Assembly: GCF_006345805.1 (NCBI RefSeq)
Contig: NC_043008.1
Location: 20,832,001-20,896,000, forward strand
Direction: 5' to 3'
Length of the DNA stretch: 64,000 nt
DNA from: Octopus sinensis
Taxonomy: Eukaryota
Shown: positions 24,470-38,092 of the stretch, one piece after another
How the letters are laid out: every line of letters begins with the position of its first letter
Numbering within the stretch: position 1 is the stretch's first letter
Program-made: the position numbers and the translations under genes
Notes under the pieces: model-generated
The model's database searches: none
Told to the model about the DNA's origin: nothing
What the model saw: only the letters and a program-made list of their open reading frames with translations

Positions 24470-24776
24470 GGAGGCGCAATGGCCCAGTGGTTAAGGCAGC
24501 GGACTCGCGGTCGCAGGGTCGCGGTTTTGATTCCCAGACCGGGCATTGTGAGTATTTATTAAGCGAAAACACCTAAAGCGCCAAGAGTCTCCGGCAGGGG
24601 TGGGGGGACCCTGCTGTACTCTTTCACCACAACTTTCTCTCAGTCTTTCTTTCTGTTTCTGTTGTACCTGTATTTCAAAGGGACAACCTTGTCACATTCT
24701 GTGTCACGCTGAATCTCTCCGAGAATTACGTTAAGGGCACACGTGTCTGTGAAGTGCTCAGCCACTTGCACGTTAA
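24470..24776 (+). mobile_element. SINE family A, tail ii, truncated
   Basis: Head GGAGGCGCAATGGCCCAGTGG. Confidence 0.9.
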
Positions 24777-25312
24777 TAAATGAGCTTCGACGTCACTGCC
24801 ACGTAATTGTTTTTGTCAAGAGTTTCACCTCCAGCCGTTCTCGTTACATATGTATATGTACGTGTGTGTTTAATAACGTATGTAACGGGTGCTCAAACAC
24901 ACACACTCACAGACACATACACATTCATATACAAAATATGACGAAACGCACACATACACTCTGACATGCAGTCACATACATATAGTAAGAGAGACACATG
25001 CAGAAATACATTCACGCATGTCAATCGACACATATGTATATATATATGTGTAGATGTGTGTATGGTTAATAACGTACACGGTGCGGAAACACACACACAC
25101 ATTCAGAGAGACATACACATTCATACACCCACATAATACACCTGACGTCGTCGTCGTATAAAATGTCCTTTACTATCTTGTACGAGAAAGAGAAGAGATG
25201 AATAAACAGAGAGAGAAAAGGAAAAGAATTGGTTGAAAACTGTAGAAATGCATACGTACTACACACAAACACACACACATAGACATCCTTTGTTTTATAT
25301 ATATAGATATAT

Positions 25313-25423
<111 letters not shown>

Positions 25424-26339
25424 TATAGATACATATATATAATGTGTGCATAAATGCATATCTATATTTATATACGTATACATACATAAGTATACACACC
25501 CGTATGCATTTGCAACTGAGAGGTAGTGTTCGCAATGGAATTGGGTGTTGTGTAAATCACTTTTGCTAATCAGGTATTTTCATCGCAATATGCATGAAAT
25601 TACAAATGATACTCACTTAAATGTTTTAAAGTATGGAAGCCTGTTCGATAATTACATGACAGAGATACTATAACGGTAAATTAATGAAAATAACATGTGT
25701 AAGAAGAGTTTGTAACTATAGTGTTATACAAGCTATCCAGACTTTAAAATTAAGTTGTATAAAATTTATACAAATAACGTTTTTATTGCTTGAATATTAT
25801 TATTGTTAAAACAATGAGTTGTAATAAAATGAATGCAATTTTGAAACAAAATTATAAAGAATTACAGAATATTAGGTATTTGTGAAAATAGGCATACTAA
25901 AGAAAAAACTTAGGAATATATCAGCATTACTTAAATTAAGTATTCAGGTTTGTCAGAATATCTTTTATTTTTACTACGTAAAATGATAGGGGGAAAAGGC
26001 TGGGAAGTAAGAATAACTGTTGAAGAAGTATATAGGTTGCAGTAGGCGTAGTATAGACGTATGGCTAAGAGGTTCACTTTGCAATCATGAGTTTCATGAA
26101 TTTTTCTGGCTTTAACCTGGTGTGGAAATTCAGCGTGTAGAGGGAGATGCTACTTGCTTCCTACTCCCAGAAAATTCCTTGAAAGATGATGAGAGTAGCG
26201 AATATAGTACATGCGAGCAGGCCCACGCAAAGCACGCATGTATTTGCACGTCGCAAAATTAAGTGAGGGAGAGAATACTTGACCTTAGAAGACAGAGTCA
26301 TCGAGGTTTTATGGGGATTTGACCTAAGAAGCTATCCCT

Positions 26340-26720
26340 CCTATTGGAGAATTTTTTGCTGGAATTTTTTTGCTTTCTTTTGTTAATTCGCTCCTTTTTT
26401 ATATCAAATGGAACCCACTGCCAAGTTTGTATTTTCTCTTGTGCTATCTCTACTTTCTTCGGGTCCTTGTGGCTAATAAAGGAAGTATAATTACTCTTAT
26501 TTTCACTGTTCTTATTGATGATGTAGTTGATGCTATTGCTGAGTTTTTATTCTATTCACAGAATTGCACTCTAAACAGCTATTTTTTTACTATATTGTGT
26601 CGCGTAGCGATGGCTGTCATCCAAATTATCGTAAAGATTGCCCTGATGGCTCACTTTATCAAAGATAAGTAAGTAGTTGTGGCCTGAATGGAGGCACTAG
26701 TGACAGAGGAATTTAGTTGA
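26340..26720 (-). mobile_element. heavily decayed CR1-like reverse transcriptase remnant
   Basis: Minus frame IFDKVSHQG...LDD...WQWVPFDIKK resembles AFDKVSH / ADD / WQLxFNxxK motifs. Confidence 0.35.
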
Positions 26721-26885
26721 TTAAAACTGAAATAGTTAATGGAAAAGCTTTTTTCTCTCGACTATTCAGCATTTTATGTATCATTTGAAGCAGATGATAA
26801 TGCCAGCGAAAGAGAAGCATTGTTCTTCACTACAGTGATATCAGATCTATATTGCTCTTACTTGGCTGTTAAGGTCGCGGTGCGT

Positions 26886-26928
<43 letters not shown>

Positions 26929-26930
26929 GT

Positions 26931-27238
26931 GGAGGCGCAATGGCCCAGTGGTTAGGGCAGCGGACTCGCGGTTGTAGGATCGCGGTTTCGATTCCCGAAC
27001 CGGGTGTTGTGTATGTTTATTGAGCGAAAACACCTAAAGCTCCACGCGGTTCCGGCAGGGGATGGTAGCGATTCCTGCTGTACTCTTTCGCCACAACTTT
27101 CTCTCACTCTTTCTTCTGTTGGCCTGCTCGCTTAGCCAGCGGGGTAGCGTCATTTGAAGGCTAAATCAATGTAAAGAGCATTGTGACTAGCGATGTGTAG
27201 CAACATCTCATAGCCTGGTCGGTCACGGTGATCGGTGA
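26931..27238 (+). mobile_element. SINE family A, tail i
   Basis: Matches 561-869. Confidence 0.9.
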
Positions 27239-27404
27239 TATATATATATATATAAGCATTTCGAACTGTATACTGCCCATTCTCAGACATTTCTGAAGTT
27301 GTTCCTAATTCAGAAATTCAGAAAACTTTATATAGATATACAGCTTCAATCGAACACTGTAGAAACACTGTAGAAACGAATACTCTTTTACTGTCTTATT
27401 ATTT

Positions 27405-27600
27405 TTCTTGTTTCAGTCATTTGACTGTGGCCATGCTGGAGCACCACCTTTTAGTCGAGCAAATCGACCCCAGGACTTATTCTTTGTAAGCCCAGTACTT
27501 ATTCTATCGGTCTCTTTTGCCGAACCGCTAAGTTACGGGGACGTAAACACACCAGCATCGGTTGTCAAGCGATATTGGGGGGACAAACACAGACACACAA

Positions 27601-27642
<42 letters not shown>

Positions 27643-27848
27643 GTACATTAAAAGGCCCCTAAATATATATATATATATATTTACGACGGGCTTCTTTCAG
27701 TTTCCGTCTACCAAATCCACTCACAAGGCTTTGGTCGGTCCGAGGCTATAGTAGAAGACACTTCCTCAAGGTGCCATGCAGTAGGACTGAACCCGGAACC
27801 ATGTGGTTGGTAAGCAAGCTACTTACCACACAGCCACTCCTACACCTA
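27405..27848 (-). mobile_element. SINE family C, full length
   Basis: Head, internal microsatellite and tail present. Confidence 0.9.
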
Positions 27849-28767
27849 TGCAGTTTTATTTCATATCATGCCCATCTCTTTTCTGGTGTAGGATCTAATC
27901 ATCCTTAATCGTCCAAATATCTTCTTTTGCTTTTCCTTTGAATATATATCTCTTTTCTACATAGTTGAAAATGAACTTCGCAAACCTCATATGCTCCGTC
28001 CATGCTTTTAGTTTCGACCCTAACAGTCTTCATTAACGCACAACGCTCGACTCTGTATTTCCGTCTCCCAAAAACTTCAGACTCACGTTACATGTTACAG
28101 AAGTTATCCAGAATATTTACAGGTTTAAAAATAATTTTGGAAGCCAACACTGGAATACTGGAATGCTATACCGTAATGATGGCTATTTTAAAACTCGAAA
28201 GTTAATATAAAAACTTAATGAATCATATATTAGGATTCTCTAACCGATATTGGCTGTATATTTGAAGACCTTCATGAGATGCAAATTACCTCTTAGGTAT
28301 TTATTCCACATTTAGTAAACAGATAAGTTTCCGAGAAATCTATGAGACGAGTTTTCCTTCGTTAAATTAATTCTATAAGTTAAGAATTTCATAAGGAAGC
28401 CATAATATTCATTATTTTTCTCTTCTTTCTGTGACTTTTCCTCGCATAATCGGCAATATTTCCAATTACGAATTTCGTCTTCCTCTTTAAAAAAAATACA
28501 AAATTATAAAGATGAACAGATAAACATTTATTATTTATTTCTATTTCCTTGTTTGAGTCTTAATTAGATCTACATCCGTAGAAATTCCACCTCAAATACA
28601 AAAACATTTAAATATCCATTAAAAAGTTACAGACGGTATAATTTATTATCGAGTCGAGAAGACAACGTCCACTCAATGGTTTAAGTCGGCGGTTCGTATC
28701 CTGGCAAAGGCACTGGTTAGTGGTGTTGGCGAAGACATACAGCCCTGGCTCAGTCTATGATAATTGG

Positions 28768-29132
28768 TGGAAGCACTCCGTCGGTTACGACGACGAGGGT
28801 TCCGGTTGATCCGAATCAACGGAACAGCCTGCTCGTGAAATTAACGTGTAAGTGGCTGAGCACTTTACGTAGTTCTCGGGGATATTCAGCGTGACACAGA
28901 GAGTGACAAGGCCGGCCCCTTGAAATACAGATACAACAGAAACAGGAAGTAAGAGTGAGAGAAAGTTGTGGCGAAAGAGTACAGTAGGGATCACCACCAA
29001 ACCCTGCCGGAGCCGCGTGGAGCTTTTAGGTGTTTTCGCTCAATAAACACTCACAACGCCCGGTCTGGGAATCGAAACCGCGATCCTATGACCGCGAGTC
29101 CGCTGCCCTAACCACCGGGCCATTGCGCCTCC
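28768..29132 (-). mobile_element. SINE family A, tail ii
   Basis: Matches 21463-21845. Confidence 0.9.
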
Positions 29133-29154
29133 ACCTATGGTAATTATAACCAGA

Positions 29155-29435
29155 TATCACATGATCAGGTGATCGATCAGACTATCAGATGTTATACATC
29201 GTTGGTCACAATAGACTTTGCATCGTTTCAACTTACAACTGATACCACCCAAATACCTAGGCGAGCAGGCCAGCATTCCCCTGGTCGGAAGGCTACTGGG
29301 TCGCAGGGTTATCCATTTACAGCGATGGAGCAACGTAAAATGCAATATTTTGCTCAAGAACACAGCGCGCAGCTGGTCTGGGAATCGAAACCACGATCTT
29401 ATTATCGGGAACACAGCGCGCCTATCCGCTATGTC
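29155..29435 (-). mobile_element. older SINE with family D-like core and tail i
   Basis: TGTGTTCTTGAGCAAAA...CCCTGCGA core joined to GGCCTGCTCGC...TGTGACCAACGATGT tail. Confidence 0.65.
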
Positions 29436-29521
29436 ATGCGCCTTCAGATAACCTGATATTGTTCGTCGCTGTAAGTTGGACAACTATTGTATTAGGTTTG
29501 CTTTGATATGGAGTTCATCTG

Positions 29522-29938
29522 AAGGCGGCGAGCTGGCAGAAACGTTAGCACGCCGGGCGAAATGCGTAGCCGTATTTCGTCTGCTTGTTACGTTCTGAGT
29601 TCAAATTCCGCCGAGGTTGATTTTTACCTTTCATCCTTTCGGGGTCGATAAATTAAGTACCAGTTACGCACTGGAGTCGATGTAATCGACTTAATCTGTT
29701 TGTCTGTCCTTCTTTGTTCTCTCTGTGTTTAGCCCCTTGTGGGTAGTAAAGAAATACGTATTTCGTCTGCTGTTACGTTCTGAGTTCAAATTCCGCCGAG
29801 GTTGATTTTGCCTTTCATCCTTTCGGGGTCGATGAATTAAGTACCACTTACGCACTGGAGTCGATGTAATCGACTTAATCCGTTTGTCTGTCCTTGTTTG
29901 TCCCCTCTATGTTTAGCCCCTTGTGGGTAATAACGAAA
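29522..29938 (+). mobile_element. SINE family B head-plus-two-bodies dimer
   Basis: Same internal junction as 19868-20280. Confidence 0.9.
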
Positions 29939-30584
29939 CAGATATTGAGTTCATCTCCTTTTGTACGTATGTTTTGATTTTTTGATCTTACCGATTCTTG
30001 TTGACCAGGGGTTGAAAATAAACGAGGAACATTGGCAAAAAGATTTATTACACTGATGTCTGACACGTTGTGTAACGCATTTTGTTTTTGATTGAGAACC
30101 TGAGGTGAGCACCAGTGAGCAGAACTGACAAAATGTTATATTTAAGAAGGATTATCGCGCTTACATCGCTGGTCGGATGAGGCTATTTTGCTTAGTCTGC
30201 GCCAACAATACATTTAAATATTAAACAACAACTGGGTTTTGAGTGCCATTAAAAGCTTTTACATTTTCCTTAAAGATGTAGGAATACGATTAATGTTATC
30301 AATTTTAATCTCATATTTTATTAAACATTAAGCATTTTCTGCTTATACTGGGCTGGTATTTAATCAAATATTTTGAAGAAACGAGAATAAATAAGAAAAA
30401 AAAAGGAAAAACGGGAAAAGAAGGAGAGACAGCAGAAAATATGTTGAAACCAGTTTTGAACGCTCAGTTACGTCGCCAACATCACTAATACACCCAGCGA
30501 CGGTCTCCTTTACTCATATCTCCATTGGTTTAAGAATATAATAATTTGTTTTGTTTTTATTAAAAGACACCAATATGTTGGTCC

Positions 30585-31295
30585 AGGCGTGGCTTTGTGG
30601 TAAGAAGCTTGGTTCCTAATAGCATAATACCGCGTTCAGTACCACTGCGTAGCACCTAGGACAAGTGTCTCCTACTATAATCGCGGGCCCACCAAAACCT
30701 TGTGAGTGGATTTGGTAGACGGAAACAGAAAGAAGCTCGTCTTATATGACTATGTATGTATGTATGTATGTATGTATGTATGTATGTATGTATGTATGTA
30801 TGTGTATGTATGTATGTATGTATGTATGTATGTATGTATGTATGTATGTATGTATGTATTATGTATGTATGTATGTATGTATGTATGTATGTATGTATTA
30901 TGTATGTATGTATGTATTATGTATGTATGTATGTATGTATGTATGTATGTATGTATGTATGTATGTATGTATGTATGTATGTATGTATGTATGTATGTAT
31001 GTATGTATGTATGTATGTATGTATGTATGTATGTATGTATGTATGTATGTATGTATGTATGTATGTATGTATGTATGTATGTATTTGTGTGTGTGTGTTC
31101 GTGTCTGTGTTTGTCCCTCACCACCGCTTAAAAAACAGTTTTGGTGTGTTTACGCTCCCGTAACTTATCGGTCCGACAAACGAGACGAAAACATAAATAG
31201 GTACTGGGGTCCATTCCTTCGACTAAAAATTTTTCAAGGCAGTGCTCCAACTTTGCCGCAGTCTAATGACTCGGGCAAGTAAAAGATAAAAGATA
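30585..31295 (+). mobile_element. SINE family C, diverged, with about 335-bp internal (TATG)n expansion
   Basis: 5' and 3' modules flank 30748-31082. Confidence 0.8.
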
Positions 31296-31381
31296 ATATC
31301 TGTTGTTTGTTTCTGAGTCAATATGCTTTCATTTCGCTTTTATTGATAATATTCCCTGAGAATTCAAAAGACCCTCATATA

Positions 31382-31544
31382 GGCGCAGGAGTGGCTGTGT
31401 GGTAAGTAGCTTGCTAACTAACCACATGGTTCCAGGTTCAGTCCCACTGCGTGGCATCTTGGGCAAGTGTTTTCTGCTATAGCCCCGGGCCGACCAATGC
31501 CTTGTGAGTGGATTTGGTAGACGGAAACTGAAAGAAGCCTGTCG

Positions 31545-31575
<31 letters not shown>

Positions 31576-31785
31576 ATGTGTGTGTGTTTGTGTGTGTGTG
31601 TTTGTCCCCCTAGCATTGCTTGACAACCGATGCTGGTGTGTTTACGTCCCCGTCGCTTAGCGGTTCGGCAAAAGAGACCGATAGAATTAGTACTGGGCTT
31701 ACAAAGAATAAGTAAAGGCGGTGCTCCAGCATGGCCGCAGTCAAATGACTGAAACAAGTAAAAGAGAAAAGAGTAAAGAGTAAGC
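31382..31785 (+). mobile_element. SINE family C
   Basis: Head, internal microsatellite and tail present. Confidence 0.9.
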
Positions 31786-32301
31786 CATCGGTTATTTACT
31801 AAATAAAAACGAAAATATTGAGTTTTACTTATTAGCACGAGAAATAAACAGAAACCATGGGCAAACAGTTATTGCAAGAATCCAGTATATCTGAAATGAA
31901 TAGATGCAGTTTAAACCCCACACTGTATTTGTGAGTGATCGAACCATTGAGCTGAAAGAACTGCTGAAGGTTTTGTATTTAGGAAAAGGCAACATAAATC
32001 AAGTTATTCTTGTTATACAAAAGATATTTAAATCAGCAATACATATTCTTAAAACACACGTGTCAATGATTCAATGCTCTTTGACAGCAGCTATGATCAA
32101 CGCTGTTGGTATTTCAATACAGAATACAAACCGTCAAAACCTACTTAGTTTAAGACATTCACTCAATTGCTCTATCGTGTTATGTTTTCGTATACACATG
32201 GATCACAAATGGCATAACTTAACGAAAGGGTGCAGAGTCGATTTATTCGATGATTGTTCTTGAACTATGCTTGATTTATCGATCTTGGATCGACAGAAGG
32301 C

Positions 32302-32730
32302 GGATCTTTTCGGTTTGAACAGCAGTTTTTTCTAGCGGTGTCATATGAAATTGTCACCCATAATTATGACCCTAGTATCTATCTATTGTATTTCAATCTG
32401 TTTTAGGGTTAGTGTTAGTTAGGGTTAGGTGTGGGGGAAGGGTATCTTTTTTTCTTCACAAATGTAAATAAACCCAATCTGTTTCTTAAACGAGGGACAT
32501 ATTCATACGGCACAGAATGTTTTTTTTACCTGAATAAACGTCAGTGATTGGTTGAAATTGCAGAAATTGAAGAAAAAAAAACAACAAATATCTTACAAAC
32601 TATAGAATTTCCTCAATAAAGCCAAGAGAAAAAGATGTTTTAAAAACACATTCTACCAGTATACGAAGTTTAAAATTTTTCAGTTACCTAGAAATTATGT
32701 TAAAGACTGCCGTTCAAACCGAAAAGATCC
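32302..32730. mobile_element. MITE with GG termini and 8-bp TSD (Merlin-like)
   Basis: TIR GGATCTTTTCGGTTTGAAC[A/G]GCAGT (24/25); TSD CAGAAGGC at 32294-32301 and 32731-32738. Confidence 0.9.
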
Positions 32731-34510
32731 CAGAAGGCAAATAAACTTCGACTGGTTTTAAGCCCAAAATGCTGCGCTTCTGCCGAACATTTTGTTCTTC
32801 ATTCCAGTGATTATACTATTAGCCCTACTAAAATACTGATCAAGTCAGCTAACATCGATGTGGTCATTCCACCTGCCGTATATAACAGTTAATTCATCCT
32901 CAAATCATACGCTAGCCCCTTTTAAAAAGCAAACTTGAGACGCAGAAACATAATGCAGTTCAAAATAACCTACGTAAAGAAATATTTGGTGGGAACGGGC
33001 GTCTTTAATTCTAAGTTTAATTGATTAGGAGAGTTTTGAAGGCGAAAGAAAATACAGAAGAAAGACACTTTGGATAATGTAGTCATTCATACAATATGTC
33101 TGAAAAAGAGAAGATGGCCGTGGATGGGGCACATATGACCCTAAGTCTATATGGTGAAGATTGATCTGAGATTTAACAGCAATAATAACCGCTGGTATTT
33201 TTTACCTTTTTCGTCATTTTTTTCTGCTATTGACACTGAACTGTGTTAAACAAAATGAAGTTATTTAAACGCAAGTTTTCAAATAAAGAAACTACATTTT
33301 TATACAGTAAATACTTTTTCTTAGTTCAGCACTGTACCGTTTCTACAAATTATATAAGAAAAAAAACACCTCAAAGTCGTACATGAAAACTAGATCGCTC
33401 TCGATAATTCAATAATACAAATGTTGGTTATATTTAGAGTAGATTCGCACAGATAATGGTGAGTATGACAGAGGTGACAGTTCAGGATTAGATACTTAGC
33501 TAAACTTTGAGCAAATTGCATGTATCTTTTAGTGAATGAAACAAAACTTTGTGTATCATAAATATCAAAAATGCAGGGTGGAAGAAATGTTCGTAATTCA
33601 TTTAATGTTCTTCATATCATACTAAACATTCAACTGTAACCAATTTATCAAAATAGTGTTGTTTAAAAGAGGTTTATTATATCATTACGGTGGGTGCTCA
33701 ACCAAGCATCCTTCTTTTATCACACATTCTACACGTCGTTGTAAATAATGGATAGCATTGCGCGGTTCAACTCAATAAATTCCTCTCTTTATTATCTTAT
33801 TTTGTCTTCGGCGTGTCTTTCTCTTCCTGTGGTTTTCTATAACAAATATTATACAAAAGTTTTACAAATCTTCTTTGTGCAGTCTTTTTATCGATCGCTA
33901 TAGATTCTTCACTTTGTAGCCTTTCTAAGGATACATACATTCAATTGTATTCAACTGAAGCTTGTATAGATAAGCACCGTTTAAGAAGATATTTCTTTTC
34001 CCGTTTTTCCTATTTTTTTTTTATTTATTTCTTGTTTTCTTTCCTTTTTTTTTCTCGTTTCTTCAAAATATTTGATTAAATACTTTTAGCTGAAAGAATT
34101 ATCTTGGAGGCCATGGTTCAACTTTTAAAAAGAGATTGCTTCTTTGGCACTATCATTACTAACTATAGAATAATTTCCTAATTCCCAGCTAAATATGCAA
34201 ATTCTTATTAATCTGAAACATAGAATTATGGTTTCCAAGTTAGTCACAGGGCCGACAATTTGGCGAGAGAGGTAGAGCCGATTTAATAGGCATCAATATT
34301 TGTTTGATACATTATCGGCAGCAGAAAGAAAGCCTCTTTGCAGATAATAACTGGCAAACCGACAAAGCAACATCAGAGGAGAACAGCAAAGTGTGATATT
34401 ACGGTTAATAGACACAAACACACATTAACACACAAATACACCACACACAAACATATATGCGAACACACTCACACGTACATGTACAAACATATATATATAT
34501 ATATTATATA

Positions 34511-34544
<34 letters not shown>

Positions 34545-34580
34545 CATGTATGTATGTATATGCATATACATATATGTGGG

Positions 34581-34616
<36 letters not shown>

Positions 34617-34732
34617 AAATTTCGCTTTGCTTTCAGCACTGTTCTTTATAACCAAAACTACACAAACCGCTTGTTCATTTGTCATGCATTTACTAAGTAG
34701 AGTAAAAATAAATTTGCGTGTGTGTGTGTTGT

Positions 34733-34792
<60 letters not shown>

Positions 34793-35023
34793 GATGCTTA
34801 CAGACATAGGAGAATTAGAAAAAATGAATGAAGTAAACAATCAACTGAACTTTCTTCACCATGATCTCAACACGTAACAAATGACAGCAGAAATCTTTGA
34901 AGCAATGGTCGGAGGAAACAGCGAGTTGTATTATGATCGATGATCCCATCACGCTTATACTATGTGAATGCGCATCGATGAAGCAACATACGTGTAGTTT
35001 ATGCAGGTATGTGTGAATATATA

Positions 35024-35066
<43 letters not shown>

Positions 35067-35068
35067 CA

Positions 35069-35334
35069 TACTAATTAATTAAGGGTTCAGCAACGATTTG
35101 CCTCACCACATACCGAATTTAGAAATAGCAGTCAAAAAGTTTTGGCTATTCTTTCTACTTATAGAATGATTTCCGTCATTTCTTTCTTTTGCCTGCGTCG
35201 TTTGCTTTTTAAGTGCTTTGCTTTTACTGGGATCGCCCTTTTAAGTAGAAAGAATAGCCAAAACTTTTTGACTGCTATTTCTAAATTCGGTATGTGGTGA
35301 GGCAAATCGTTGCTGAACCCTTAATTAATTAGTA
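35069..35334. mobile_element. foldback element with perfect 93-bp inverted arms
   Basis: 35069-35161 is the exact reverse complement of 35242-35334; 80-bp spacer. Confidence 0.9.
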
Positions 35335-35505
35335 TTACTTAAACCTTCCTTGATTGGGTCTTTTACATGCCGAACCCTACTTGGTGAAATTAATGATTAT
35401 TTCTAAATTAATTAATTTCACCCTATATTATTGATATATATATATACATATATATATAGATATATAGATATATACACGCATATATATATACATATATATG
35501 CACAC

Positions 35506-35624
35506 TGGCCTGCTCGCTTAGCCAGCGTGGTGGCGTCATTTGAAGGCTAAAACAATGCGAAGCGAATTGTGACCAGCGATGTGTAGCAACATCTGAGAGC
35601 CTGGTCGGTCACGGTGATCGGTGA
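35506..35624 (+). mobile_element. SINE tail i fragment (5'-truncated)
   Basis: GGCCTGCTCGCTTAGCCAGC...GGTCACGGTGATCGGTGA. Confidence 0.85.
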
Positions 35625-35637
35625 TATATACACACAC

Positions 35638-35676
<39 letters not shown>

Positions 35677-36085
35677 AATGCCAAGAAGCCAAAGAAAATT
35701 CTTTAACACGTGTTAATGATTCTTTGTCATGTAACAGCACACCTTTGATGCAAATCTAATGAAATGCCTGTGTAATGTCTAAAACCGCAAACATTGAGTA
35801 AATTATGCGTAAGCTGGCGCTGCAAATAGAGTTGCTAGAGAAACGATTGGAACGAATCATTAAAGATGTGTCAAAGAAACTTCTTTGTCTTCTGCTTGTC
35901 ATTTGGATTATTTACTCTTCGCTAAGCTCAATTCACGATGGAATCGTTGCGGGACTTGGATTTTTAACACTTGGATTACATACTTTGCCTGGAACCCGAC
36001 AATGATGATTACCAAGTATTCGAGTCAAGCTTCTCTCGAAATACCCTAACCTTACACGCTACCTGGCCTTATGCATTTATATATA

Positions 36086-36134
<49 letters not shown>

Positions 36135-36529
36135 TAATATATATATATATATTAATATAAGGGTAAATAATTATTAATTTTTAAAAAACCAACAATTATT
36201 TTCGGGTAGATTTCGGTATATAAATATAACCATTATTTGTAGGAACTTTTTTTTATATATATATAAAGTGGCAGGCAACAGGCCGAAAAATTAAAAATAG
36301 CAGTCAAAGACTGTTTATTTCTATTTTCTATATATAAGACTCCACATACAACATATCCATGTAATTCACATATGTAAAACAGAAGGAAAAAATAACGAAC
36401 ACAAAGTCTGGAGTCTTATTTATATATATATATATATATACTAGTATGTATGTCTGCGTGTGGGTACAATATAAACAAATTACATTACAAGTGTTTGTCT
36501 AGATATGTATTTTTGAAGGAATTGCTATG

Positions 36530-36790
36530 CTATCGACCAGACTATCGAATGTTGTTATACATCGCTGGTCACAGTGCGCTCCGTATTGTTTTAGCTTTCG
36601 AATGACGCTACGCCACAGGTAAAGTGAGCAGGACAACATTCACTCTCATCGTAAGGTCTTTCCGCCACAGGGTGGACCCACTTACGGCTGAGTGGACAAG
36701 AGCAACGTGATATGAACACAACACGTCACTAAGTCAAGGAATCGAACCCATGGTCAAACGATCGTGAGTGAAATACTGTAACCAATTGAC
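36530..36790 (-). mobile_element. older SINE with family D-like core and tail i
   Basis: GGGTTCGATTCC B-box, GTTGCTCTTGTCCACTCAGC core, tail i. Confidence 0.6.
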
Positions 36791-36979
36791 TGCACGCCTT
36801 CACAAATATATGAGAGGAATAAGTAGCAAACCGATTGGTGCAGAATACTTCGATGCATGAATGTTTGGCAAAAGCCAAATAGAAATAGAAACTGCAAACG
36901 GCTGGCCAGGCAACACAGACAAACAACAACAAAAATATTTTGACAAACAAACGACTTCGGAGTCTCCTTCAACACATCT

Positions 36980-37097
36980 AGATGGTTTCTTTGTTTAAGT
37001 TGTAGAATACTGCGATAATCCTGTCCTTCAGTTCATCTTTGGTGTTACAAGGAGTTTTGTTGGTCTGTCGCTCAACTGCGTGCCACATATAGTAACC
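36980..37097 (-). mobile_element. Tc1/mariner transposase C-terminal fragment
   Basis: YYMWHAVERQTNKTPCNTKDELKDRIIAVFYNLNKETI. Confidence 0.75.
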
Positions 37098-37129
37098 AGA
37101 AAGGGAAAGATTGGCTGCTATTTCTGTTC

Positions 37130-37677
37130 TCAAGGACCCAACAATAATTGGCACTATCTTCACCATCTTCATTTGCCATAGTCGGGCTATTTCGTACTTA
37201 AGAGGGCTGTATCTAACTATCTTTTCGCTTTCCTTTTTGCCTATTCGTAAGTAAAAGCAACATAAACTATAGAGCATATGTGGTGCACCTTGTTCACTAC
37301 CAGCAGGTCTGGTCTATTATGCTCTAGCACCTGATCTGTTTGGATTGGGAAATCGCAGAGGATTTTGCTAGTCTACGATTCTGTCAGTCTGCGGTCTGTG
37401 CTCATACCACGTTTTACCTCTCTCTAGCCCACACTTTTCGCACAGTTTTCAATGTAGCACTTTCGCTACCTTATTGGTTTTGGACAAGTCTAGGACATTC
37501 GTTCGTGACACGGGCAATAGTTTCATCCACTATATTGTAGATGCAGCACAGCTGAGACACTTGCTAATTCCTCAGGTTTACCCTCCTGTTCGTGGCCAAA
37601 GCTTGATCTTGCGCTGTTGCACGTGGATGATGGGCGCCATGCACCGTTAGGCGCTTTCTGGATATCTTGCCCATCTT
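37130..37677 (-). mobile_element. R4/Dong-clade LINE remnant (zinc knuckle and restriction-like endonuclease)
   Basis: RKRLTVHGAHHP, AQDQAL, ETIARVTNECP, DFPIQTDQVLEHNRPDLLVV, KESEKIVRYSPLKYEIARLWQMKMVKIVPIIVGSL. Confidence 0.85.
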
Positions 37678-37919
37678 ATTATTATTATTGTTGTTGTTGT
37701 TGTTGTTGTAGTTGTTGCTGTTGTTATCATCATCATCATCATCATCATCGTCATCATCATCATCATCATTATTATTATTATTATTATTATTAAGGGGTGG
37801 TTAGATGCAGGAACAATAGACTGGTGAAGAAAATGTATTGCTCTATTTTGTTATGTCGCTTGACTTCAAGATCCTCCTGGGACAGACTTTCAGTTTCAGT
37901 GACATAACAATAAATATAT

Positions 37920-38092
<173 letters not shown>

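Noticed and set aside
24470-24545. tRNA-like sequences at SINE heads
   Set aside because: No complete acceptor stem; each continues into a SINE body, so they are not tRNA genes
26370-27023. Hydrophobic plus-strand ORFs resembling a GPCR, and an apparent exon 26562-26668 with GTAAGT donor
   Set aside because: TM motif spacing does not fit class A GPCRs and there are several in-frame stops; the opposite strand better fits a decayed RT
28004-28037. Minus-strand TTAATGA-A-GACT/GGTC-GAAACTA
   Set aside because: Two core substitutions and a broken helix III; at best a dead relic
32403-32429. TTAGGG as a telomere or fusion site
   Set aside because: Only a few degenerate units, internal to a MITE
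35805-36005. 66-aa ORF with a hydrophobic stretch
   Set aside because: No recognisable homology or splice support
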